From Candidatus Falkowbacteria bacterium RIFOXYD12_FULL_34_57 (GTDB taxonomy: Bacteria > Patescibacteriota > Patescibacteriia > Patescibacteriales > UBA12075): a DNA stretch of 64,000 nt. Each line of letters starts with the position of its first letter. The first letter of the stretch is position 1. Below the pieces are notes generated by a model that had not been told where the DNA came from, did not search any database, and saw nothing but the letters and a program-made list of their open reading frames with translations. The DNA is taken from assembly GCA_001780285.1 (NCBI GenBank), contig MFGN01000007.1, forward strand, positions 7,346 through 71,345. The letters run 5' to 3'. Positions 8,258-15,771 of this stretch are shown here, piece after piece. The translations under genes and the position numbers were made by a program.

Positions 8258-8833
8258 TTAATTTTTTATAAAAAAATTATAATGATGCGCACCATTGTTG
8301 CATGTAAAAGAAGTTCCTCTTAGTGGTTTAAGATAAAAAGGTTCGAGTTTTAAAAGTCCGTTAATTTTTGAAAATGGAACAACTTCATCATTCCATCCAA
8401 AAACCAAAATTCCTCCTTTTTTAAGTATGTTGAAAATAGCATTAAACGCATCCTGAACATCTTTTTCTTTGTTTAGACCCCATCCATAAACACCATTAAA
8501 TAATATAAAATCAAAAGTATTATTTTTAAAATATTTTTCCAGGTTAACAACATTATCCGTGATGTGATTTTTAGCTCCAAATTCTCTTCTTTTAGGATCT
8601 ATATCTATAGTCCATAATTCGCGATTTTTAAAAAATTCATTATAAAATATTTCGTAATCCTCCCGTCCAATGTCAAGTATTTTTTGGGGGTTGTAATTTG
8701 TGAGTATAAAAGGAAAAATAATTTCTTCTAAAATATATCGATCGTCATTTTTGTTTCTATTATATGTAACGTTTTTTTTGATAATTTTTTTTATAAAAAA
8801 ATAATAATAAATCTTTTTAAATAATTTTATCAT
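8258..8833 (-). CDS. Class I SAM-dependent methyltransferase (putative)
   Basis: ILDIGRED (motif I-like), FDFILFNGVYGWGLN, LKKGGILVFGWND. Lies inside the glycan operon. Confidence 0.6.
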   Translation of the reverse strand: MIKLFKKIYYYFFIKKIIKKNVTYNRNKNDDRYILEEIIFPFILTNYNPQKILDIGREDYEIFYNEFFKNRELWTIDIDPKRREFGAKNHITDNVVNLEKYFKNNTFDFILFNGVYGWGLNKEKDVQDAFNAIFNILKKGGILVFGWNDEVVPFSKINGLLKLEPFYLKPLRGTSFTCNNGAHHYNFFIKN

Positions 8834-8848
8834 AATTTTTACCTAAAA

Positions 8849-11068
8849 CTATTCGGTTATTTTTTCAATAGCCATTCTAGCCAAGAGATAAGAAATAGAC
8901 GATTCCGCCCCTTGATTAAAATTAATAGAATATTTTCCCAATCCGTCATAACTTCCGCCTGTAGCCTCATCATAAATCATCTGATTTAAATGATTTTTCC
9001 CCAAAAACCACTCAAAGGCCATTTTAGCGTTTTCTTTGTATTGTTTCTTTTTTGTAACCTGATATGCGAGCACAAGAGTTTCTACTGCCGTGGCGGCATC
9101 TTCCGGTTGTTGATCAAAATATGCTCTTTTTCCATCCTTAAAATACCATCCATCCTGCCCGATTGGAGAAAAATATTTTTTGTTTTCAAAAGTAATAGAC
9201 ATTAAAAATTTAATGCTTTTTTCCGCAATTTTTAAATATTTTTTTTCGCCGGTTATCTGGTAAACGCGGAAAAGCGCTTCCGGCAGCTTATAATTTGAAT
9301 ATGTGAAACAATTTTCAAACCATAACCATTTATGATTTGAATCTTTAGAGTGCGTCTCAAAGCTTTTTGTTAATTTATCCCCTAATAATCGGATTAATTT
9401 TATGGTTTGAGTATTTTTGTTTTTTATGGCCATGCGCCCAAGGCCTGTAATGGCAAAGGCGATAGCCCGAAGCGAATTTAAACCGGATATCCATTTTTTA
9501 GATTTTTGCAATATGCGCTGCGCTTGACCCTGGATATTTGCGGGGAGTTTTTCATTGCCGATCACCGAGCCTATGGCCCAAATTGCTCTGCCGAAAGAGT
9601 CTTTGCTCTCTATTGAGTCGATAAATTTTTTATGGTAATTTACAAAATTATAAAACTTTCCGTTTGGCTTTTGGTTGAATTCTATAAAATCAAGATAAAT
9701 TTTTATTAATTTAAGGAGTCCCAGAGATTTCCTTTTTTTATATTGTTCGGCGCATGCTATTAATCCTCGCGCATTATCATCCAGGCAATATCCCGAATGT
9801 TTGTCAGGCTTTGTGTGGTTGGCAAATTGAATCATACCAAAGCCGTCTGTTAGATTTTTAATGTAATCCAGATTTATTTTTGGCAACTTTCCTCTTTTCC
9901 GCGGAATGATTTTAGCGTATTTATTAAACAGTTCAAAATAAGAAAGAGCTACATTTTGCCATGTCATATGCCTGGTGAAGAAATAAGTATTTTTTAACAT
10001 TTCTTTGCAAAGGTTTTTATTTCCCAATAACTCCAATAAGGAGGCGGTGATATCTTTTGAGTTTCTAAATCTAACAAACCTGCCGCGTTCTTCATTGATA
10101 ACACTTTCGGCATATTGAGTTTTAGTGGTGATAGCCGGACAGCCGCAAGCCATGGCATCGGAGAGTGAACCGCTTGATGCTTGCTGACGGCTAAGTATGG
10201 GGTAAACATAAATATCGGTGGCCTTGAGGTAATCAACAACCTCTTTATCTGTTAAATAGCGGTTGTAAAATTTTACATAATCTTTTAGTTTGTGTTTTTG
10301 AATTAATTTTTTCAACTTATTGCGATATTTTTCACCCTCTTCTTTTAATACTTGAGGATGTGTGGCGCCGATAATCAAATAAAGTACATTAGGGTGCTCC
10401 TCTATTACTTTTGGCAAGGCTTCTATTGCGTATTCTATTCCTTTATCACGGCTAATCATGCCGAAGGTAGAAATAATTATTTTATTTGAAAGATTTAGCT
10501 TCTTTTTAGCATGAGACTTGGAGGGGAAGGGGATATGAAATACTCCATGGGGAATGATGGAAATTTTATTATTTTTTATTCCATAATTTTCATATAGTAT
10601 TTTTTTAGCAAAGTGATTCATAACCACAATACCGGCCGCCTTTTGAGAAATTATCTGCGCCACCTTTTTCATTTTTTCATCAGGTTTTGGTAATACGGTG
10701 TGCATGGTGATGATTACCGGTTTTTTAACAATTTCTAAAAAAGGTATCAAAAATTCTCCATATTCTCCGCCAAAGAGTCCATATTCATGTTGAATATTAA
10801 CAAGTCTGATGTCTTGGGATTTATTTATTTCGTTGGCCCTGTTTAGGTAGTCCTCTATCTCGGTTTCATTAATTTGCATGCTTACTTTTCTTGGGTAGTT
10901 ATAGATAGATGTTCCATTAGAATTGATTGCGAGTATTTTACTTTTAATTTCCGGTGAAAATTCTTTATCAATGGCGGTGGTTAATCTTTTGGTAAAAGTA
11001 GCAATACCGCATTCTCTGGGGGGGAAGCTTCCAAAATACAAAATGCTTGGTTTTTTTATTTTTTTCAT
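8849..11068 (-). CDS. GT4-like glycosyltransferase fused to a ~350-aa C-terminal helical (six-hairpin-like) domain
   Basis: N-terminal half is GT-B (ILYFGSFPPRECGIATF..., ...SSGSLSDAMACGCPAITT). The C-terminal half is rich in W/Y/F helical repeats (…GRAIWAIG…, …PEDAATAVETLVLAY…, …NQGAESSISYLLA). Its start overlaps the GH130 stop (ATGA). Confidence 0.7.
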   Translation of the reverse strand: MKKIKKPSILYFGSFPPRECGIATFTKRLTTAIDKEFSPEIKSKILAINSNGTSIYNYPRKVSMQINETEIEDYLNRANEINKSQDIRLVNIQHEYGLFGGEYGEFLIPFLEIVKKPVIITMHTVLPKPDEKMKKVAQIISQKAAGIVVMNHFAKKILYENYGIKNNKISIIPHGVFHIPFPSKSHAKKKLNLSNKIIISTFGMISRDKGIEYAIEALPKVIEEHPNVLYLIIGATHPQVLKEEGEKYRNKLKKLIQKHKLKDYVKFYNRYLTDKEVVDYLKATDIYVYPILSRQQASSGSLSDAMACGCPAITTKTQYAESVINEERGRFVRFRNSKDITASLLELLGNKNLCKEMLKNTYFFTRHMTWQNVALSYFELFNKYAKIIPRKRGKLPKINLDYIKNLTDGFGMIQFANHTKPDKHSGYCLDDNARGLIACAEQYKKRKSLGLLKLIKIYLDFIEFNQKPNGKFYNFVNYHKKFIDSIESKDSFGRAIWAIGSVIGNEKLPANIQGQAQRILQKSKKWISGLNSLRAIAFAITGLGRMAIKNKNTQTIKLIRLLGDKLTKSFETHSKDSNHKWLWFENCFTYSNYKLPEALFRVYQITGEKKYLKIAEKSIKFLMSITFENKKYFSPIGQDGWYFKDGKRAYFDQQPEDAATAVETLVLAYQVTKKKQYKENAKMAFEWFLGKNHLNQMIYDEATGGSYDGLGKYSINFNQGAESSISYLLARMAIEKITE

Positions 11069-12096
11069 TCCTTGTTTTTATATTTATATAACTCCTTTAG
11101 TAAATCTTTTAAATTTACGCTGGCAACAGCAATATATTTATCTGATGTTCCATAGTAAATATATAAAATATCTCCAAAGCGGGCAGTTCCTGTCGGGAAA
11201 ACTACATTATGGACATGGCCCTTTTTTTCAAAATCTTTTTCTGGTGAAAATAGCGGATAGGGGAGTCTGGCAATTACCCTTGTTGGATTTTTTAAATCAA
11301 CAAGAGCCACCCCTGCATGATAGATGCGTCCTTTGTTCATTGGCTCTACCCCATGATAAATGAGCAGCCACCCCCCTCTGGTTTTTATCGGCGGACATCC
11401 GCCACCGACATTGCGAGATTCAAATCCATGCTTGCTTTCAAGTATGACATATTTAGAAAGAGATCTAAAATACTCCTTCCAATATTTTTTGCTTTTTATT
11501 TGTTTAAAATCTTTAAAATATATTACCTGAATATCCGGCAGTACACGATGCACAAGCGCATAGTTGCCGTTAATTTTTTCCGGAAAGAAAAAAGCATCCT
11601 TATCCCAAATTTTTACATCCTTATCAACCATATCCTTATAATAAGATTTAAAAAAGTAGTATTTATCTTTTAGTTTAGAATATTCAAAGAGCTTGCCTAA
11701 TGCATCATATTTAAGCTTTGAACTTATAATTCCCCCCCTCCTCATTTTAAATAAATTTTTTCCATGTGAATATGCAATCAAAGCATTAATGCCGTCATGG
11801 ACAACATATGTCATATAAAATTCGTCTTTGATTTTTACAATTCGCGCATCTTCTATGCCGTGTTTTTCATAACTATATTTTGGGAATAAAAACGGTTTTT
11901 TCCATCTTTCTATTATCTTGGTCGGACCTTTTAATCGAGCATAACCAATAGAAGAAACAAATTTTTTGTCCAAAGCACGATAAAAGACATGTACACTATT
12001 TCCATCTTGGTAGATAGCGGGATTAAAGGTGGACAGATCTTCAAAAGGCAAACTAGTAGGCCTCAGTATTACGCCGTGTTTTTTAATTTTTATCAT
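11065..12096 (-). CDS. GH130-family (DUF377) glycoside phosphorylase/hydrolase
   Basis: FNPAIYQDG..HVFYRA, GIEDARIVKIKDEFYMTY, GGCPPIKTRGGWLLIYHGV, YHAGVALVDLKNP, YIYYGTSDKYIAVASV. ATG at 12096; the listed TTG at 12132 is an alternative start. Confidence 0.75.
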   Translation of the reverse strand: MIKIKKHGVILRPTSLPFEDLSTFNPAIYQDGNSVHVFYRALDKKFVSSIGYARLKGPTKIIERWKKPFLFPKYSYEKHGIEDARIVKIKDEFYMTYVVHDGINALIAYSHGKNLFKMRRGGIISSKLKYDALGKLFEYSKLKDKYYFFKSYYKDMVDKDVKIWDKDAFFFPEKINGNYALVHRVLPDIQVIYFKDFKQIKSKKYWKEYFRSLSKYVILESKHGFESRNVGGGCPPIKTRGGWLLIYHGVEPMNKGRIYHAGVALVDLKNPTRVIARLPYPLFSPEKDFEKKGHVHNVVFPTGTARFGDILYIYYGTSDKYIAVASVNLKDLLKELYKYKNKE

Positions 12097-12229
12097 AAAC
12101 AATTTTAGAGATTTATTTTTTGTAAAATACAAAAATTAGAAATATTTTAAAAACAATTTCTAATTTAATTATAACATAATCAACTTATTTTTTACAATAA
12201 AAATAATGTTTTTTGAAATAATTTTTTTA

Positions 12230-12258
12230 TTGACCTTTTTGTTCATTATTAGTATAAT
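12230..12258 (+). promoter_or_regulatory. Sigma70-like promoter for the response-regulator gene (-35 TTGACC, 17 bp, -10 TATAAT)
   Basis: TTGACC at 12230-12235 and TATAAT at 12253-12258. Confidence 0.55.
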
Positions 12259-12326
12259 TTAAGTATAATAAATTGGACGCACAATTATGGTTGCGCTCCC
12301 TATTTAATAATTTTAAAATAAAATTT

Positions 12327-13001
12327 ATGCGAATATTAATCGTTGAAGATGAAAAAGAAATTTTAGATTTTTTGAAGAAGAGTTTAAAAAATGAATGTTA
12401 TGTGGTAGATACGGCCAGCGACGGCGAACAGGGATCATATTTAGCCAGAACCAATGATTACGATTTAATTATTTTAGACAATGTAATGCCTAAAAAGACA
12501 GGGCTTGAAGTTTGTCGGGATGTTCGCAAAGACAATAATTTTGTACCAATTCTGGTTCTTTCTGTTAAATCGGAAACAACCACTAAGGTTGATTTGCTTA
12601 ATGCCGGTGCAGATGATTATTTAACCAAGCCTTTTTCTATCGATGAATTATTTGCTCGAATCAAAGCCCTGCTTCGAAGACCAAAGGGTATAGAAAACGA
12701 AAGATTACAGGTTGATGATTTGGTTTTAGACTCCAGTAAACACATTGTTAAGAGGGGGGATGAGGATGTGTATTTAACCAGAAAAGAGTTTACGCTCCTT
12801 AAGTATTTAATGAGGCATAAGGGAACAGTGCTTTCTCGAAGCATGATCATGGAGCATGTGTGGGATATGACCGTCGACCCTTTTTCCAATACCATTGAGT
12901 CGCATATTGTGAGCCTCCGAAAAAAAGTAGATTTAACGGGTCATAAAAAATTAATTCACACAGTTTCAGGCAGAGGATACAAACTTGATACCAAAAATTA
13001 G
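12327..13001 (+). CDS. OmpR/PhoB-family response regulator (REC + winged-helix)
   Basis: MRILIVEDEKEI..DLIILDNVMPKKTG..LTKPF, plus a C-terminal Trans_reg_C pattern (LTRKEFTLLKYLM...VSGRGYKL). I trimmed the start from the listed 12273. Confidence 0.9.
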   Translation: MRILIVEDEKEILDFLKKSLKNECYVVDTASDGEQGSYLARTNDYDLIILDNVMPKKTGLEVCRDVRKDNNFVPILVLSVKSETTTKVDLLNAGADDYLTKPFSIDELFARIKALLRRPKGIENERLQVDDLVLDSSKHIVKRGDEDVYLTRKEFTLLKYLMRHKGTVLSRSMIMEHVWDMTVDPFSNTIESHIVSLRKKVDLTGHKKLIHTVSGRGYKLDTKN

Positions 13002-13024
13002 TATTTTCACGCTTTATTTTATAA

Positions 13025-13056
13025 AAAAACATACTTATACACAGGTATGTTTTTTG
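13025..13056 (+). terminator. Rho-independent terminator after the response-regulator gene
   Basis: AAAAACATAC (13025-13034) / 10-nt loop / GTATGTTTTT (13045-13054). Confidence 0.7.
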
Positions 13057-13079
13057 CTTATTTAAGTGTTTTTAATTCA

Positions 13080-13123
13080 TTTCTTTATATTTTTTTTATA
13101 ATTTCTTTATATTTTTTTTATAA
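13080..13123. repeat. Perfect tandem duplication of a 22-bp unit, equal to four 11-bp direct repeats TTTyTTTATAw
   Basis: TTTCTTTATATTTTTTTTATAA at 13080-13101 repeats exactly at 13102-13123. Each unit splits into two 11-mers matching 9 of 11 positions. Confidence 0.9.
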
Positions 13124-13142
13124 AAATTTTATCTTTTTGGTG

Positions 13143-13148
13143 TATAAT
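13143..13148 (+). promoter_or_regulatory. Candidate -10 box (TATAAT) with no recognisable -35
   Basis: TATAAT at 13143-13148. The -35 position (13120-13125, ATAAAA) falls at the 3' end of the direct-repeat array. GGAGG RBS at 13207-13211. Confidence 0.35.
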
Positions 13149-13217
13149 AAAATTGATATTTAACAAATTATCATTATTTTTATTGTTCTTTAAAAATATT
13201 TTATATGGAGGTAGAAA

Positions 13218-14528
13218 ATGTACTGGAAAGAATTGGTAGAAGTTCAAAATTTTGGATTTAATGCCATTACTATCAGCGCTATTATTATTGTTATTTTTTC
13301 AATTTTGGAATCTTGGGGAATATATAAACAAAATAAAAAGATATGGGATAAAAAATCAGGCGAGTCTGTTTCTGTTGCCTGGTTTATTTATTTTATGTTT
13401 ATGCTTTTTTCTTATTTTGTTTATGGTATTTTTACAAAAGAAGCCGCAATTATTATTAATGGCTTAGCTTCTTTGTTTGTGGTTCCGATTGTTGTCGGTC
13501 TTTGGAGATTTAAGGGTTTTTCCAAGATAGATTTTTTTGTGTTTTTATTATGTGTGCTTGGTTTTGTTGTTATGTTGATATTTCCTTTTAAGAAAATCAT
13601 GTTTTTGTTATTCTCGTTTGGAAGTATTTTGGCTTTAATTGCGCAACTTGTGGAAATGCACAAAACAAAAGCTGTAGGAGTTATTGAAATAAAGCTAATT
13701 CGGGTTTATTTAGTTAGCACTGCGGTTTTTGTTGTTTATTCAATTTTTGTAAATGATTGGCCGCTATTAATTATATCTGTTTTGAGTTTTATTTTACTGG
13801 TTATAATATTATTGTCTTATTATCGCTTTATGGCAGGCAGCACTTTTAATGATATTCGCAGCACGACTTATTATAACAGGATAAAAATAGGCTTTTCTTC
13901 TTTGGTTAAGAAATGGAAAGGATCAGAAGCTGTATTTACTGAACATACTTTGGAGATTGAGGGCCATCCGGTAATGGAAGATTGGGAAGATGGGTATATG
14001 AAGGAGTTAGCGGAGATTGCCTGTATGAACGGCGGAGATATATTGGAAGTGGGTTTTGGTATGGGGATTTCATCCGGATATATACATAAACATGATATAT
14101 TATCACATACAGTAATAGAGGCAAATGAAGATGTATATAAAAGATTGGTAATGTTTTCTTTTATTGCAAAACACATTATCAAACCTTTGTTCGGTTTTTG
14201 GCAGGAAATAACCAAGTTTATTCCTAGTGAAACTTTTGACGGCATATTATTTGATACATATCCGATTACAAAGGAGGAAATACACAAGAATCATTTTCCG
14301 TTTTTCTGCGAGGCTTTTCGACTTTTAAAAGATGGCGGAGTTTTGACTTATTATTCTGATGAAATAGACAGTTTTTCCGAGGAACATATCAATTGTTTAA
14401 GGAGAGCCGGTTTTACCGATATTCAAAGCATGGTTTGTGTAGTTAATCCACCACAGGATTGTAAATACTGGAAGAGTGACAGAATTTTGGCGCCGATTAT
14501 TTTTAAAGGAAGAAAAGGGGGTGAATAA
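13218..14528 (+). CDS. Fusion protein: N-terminal 7-TM PQ-loop/SWEET-like domain plus C-terminal guanidinoacetate N-methyltransferase (GAMT/RMT2-family) domain
   Basis: aa 1-205 show seven hydrophobic helices in a 3+1+3 arrangement, with K/S-rich loops after TM1 and TM5. aa ~235-436 match remembered GAMT blocks: HPVMEDWEDGYM, GGDILEVGFGMGIS, FDGILFDTYP, FRLLKDGGVLTYYS, NPPQDCKYW...PIIFKG. Confidence 0.7.
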   Translation: MYWKELVEVQNFGFNAITISAIIIVIFSILESWGIYKQNKKIWDKKSGESVSVAWFIYFMFMLFSYFVYGIFTKEAAIIINGLASLFVVPIVVGLWRFKGFSKIDFFVFLLCVLGFVVMLIFPFKKIMFLLFSFGSILALIAQLVEMHKTKAVGVIEIKLIRVYLVSTAVFVVYSIFVNDWPLLIISVLSFILLVIILLSYYRFMAGSTFNDIRSTTYYNRIKIGFSSLVKKWKGSEAVFTEHTLEIEGHPVMEDWEDGYMKELAEIACMNGGDILEVGFGMGISSGYIHKHDILSHTVIEANEDVYKRLVMFSFIAKHIIKPLFGFWQEITKFIPSETFDGILFDTYPITKEEIHKNHFPFFCEAFRLLKDGGVLTYYSDEIDSFSEEHINCLRRAGFTDIQSMVCVVNPPQDCKYWKSDRILAPIIFKGRKGGE

Positions 14529-15004
14529 TGACTAAAGAAATTAAAAATTTTGGGCCGCATTTGATAATTGACGGATACGGCGCCGATCCTAAATGTTTGG
14601 AAGATGAGAAATTAATGTATTCCATATTGGATGAATTGCCTGGTTTAATCGGAATGCATAAGATTGATAAGCCGAAAGTTTACAAGTTTGACCAGACAGA
14701 AATTGCCGGAGCTTCTATTTTCGGATTTTGTTATCCTCAAAAGAATATTTTTCAAAAATTTTTTGCTTGGCTTAATAAGGGGCTTAATTTTAAAGTGGTT
14801 GGTTCGGTGTTGATTGTGGAGTCGCATATCAGTATTCACACATATTCTAAAAAAGATTGTATATTTATTGACATTTTTTCCTGTAAAGATTTTGATATCC
14901 AAAAGGCGATTGATTTTTTAGGAGATAAATACAAGATTGAGCATATGGAGATACAATTGATTAAAAGAGGAAAAAAATTTCCGATTTATAATTTACACGA
15001 ATAG
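14528..15004 (+). CDS. Pyruvoyl-dependent decarboxylase of the class-1 S-adenosylmethionine decarboxylase (SpeH/AdoMetDC) family
   Basis: GPHLIIDGYG..., then the self-processing signature VLIVESHISIHTY (Glu98-Ser99, nt 14819-14824), then IFIDIFSCKDFD. Its start overlaps the upstream stop (TAATG). It carries a ~35-aa insertion relative to remembered SpeH. Confidence 0.75.
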   Translation: MTKEIKNFGPHLIIDGYGADPKCLEDEKLMYSILDELPGLIGMHKIDKPKVYKFDQTEIAGASIFGFCYPQKNIFQKFFAWLNKGLNFKVVGSVLIVESHISIHTYSKKDCIFIDIFSCKDFDIQKAIDFLGDKYKIEHMEIQLIKRGKKFPIYNLHE

Positions 15005-15051
15005 TTTATTATTTATTAAATTTAAGCTATAATTTATAAAGGAGGCTTAGA

Positions 15052-15729
15052 ATGGAAGATATTATTATTAGAGAAGCAAGACCGGAAGACTATAAAAGTT
15101 TTAGAAAGATGGAAGAAAAAGTTTGGGCTAATTCCGATGTCCCGGTGTTAAGCGAGGAAATGTTTTTGGCTTGGATAGATGTTTTTCCACAAGGTTTTAT
15201 GTTAGCGATAAAAGACGGAGAAGTTGTTGGACATATTTATGCGCAAGTTTGTGATTTTGATCCTAAAGACGAGACTGATGAAAGAAATCTATATGAAATG
15301 ACAGATAATATGTGGACAAGAAAAACACACAACCCAAATGGTAACTGTATTTATTCTTTTAGTATTAATTCAATCCACATGGGAGCTGCTCAAAAATTAA
15401 ATTGGTATTTTATTAAGCTAGTTGAAAAACTAAATAAAGATTACTATGGCGGTCCGGTTAGAATGCCGGGGTTGGGTGAGTATATGAAAAAAATGCAGAG
15501 AAAACGTTTAACAAAAAAATTCGTAAAAGAATATGCGCAATATGCTCATGACACCATTAAGGGTTTAAGAAAAGAAGAGCCTTTGGTTTATGATATGGTT
15601 TTAACACCACTGTTTAAATTGCCGGTTGCGAAATTTGGTAAAATTATAAAAAATTTTTTTCCATACGCGAAAGGCGCAGAAAGATGGGCATGTGTTGTTT
15701 ATTGTGATAATTTAAAATATATAAAATAA
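15052..15729 (+). CDS. GNAT-like N-acetyltransferase (tentative)
   Basis: IIIREARPEDYKSFRKME..., ..LAIKDGEVVGHIYAQ.., and ..SINSIHMGAAQKLNWYFIKL resemble the GNAT beta-strand/AcCoA-loop layout. Weak call. Confidence 0.45.
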   Translation: MEDIIIREARPEDYKSFRKMEEKVWANSDVPVLSEEMFLAWIDVFPQGFMLAIKDGEVVGHIYAQVCDFDPKDETDERNLYEMTDNMWTRKTHNPNGNCIYSFSINSIHMGAAQKLNWYFIKLVEKLNKDYYGGPVRMPGLGEYMKKMQRKRLTKKFVKEYAQYAHDTIKGLRKEEPLVYDMVLTPLFKLPVAKFGKIIKNFFPYAKGAERWACVVYCDNLKYIK

Positions 15730-15735
15730 TTTTTT

Positions 15736-15765
15736 AAGGACGATTTATTGTAATCGTCCTTTATT
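15736..15765 (+). terminator. Hairpin (possible attenuator/terminator) immediately upstream of the kinase gene
   Basis: AAGGACGATT (15736-15745) / loop TATTGT / AATCGTCCTT (15752-15761), then TATT. It ends 10 nt before the ATG at 15772. Confidence 0.4.
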
Positions 15766-15771
15766 AATAAT

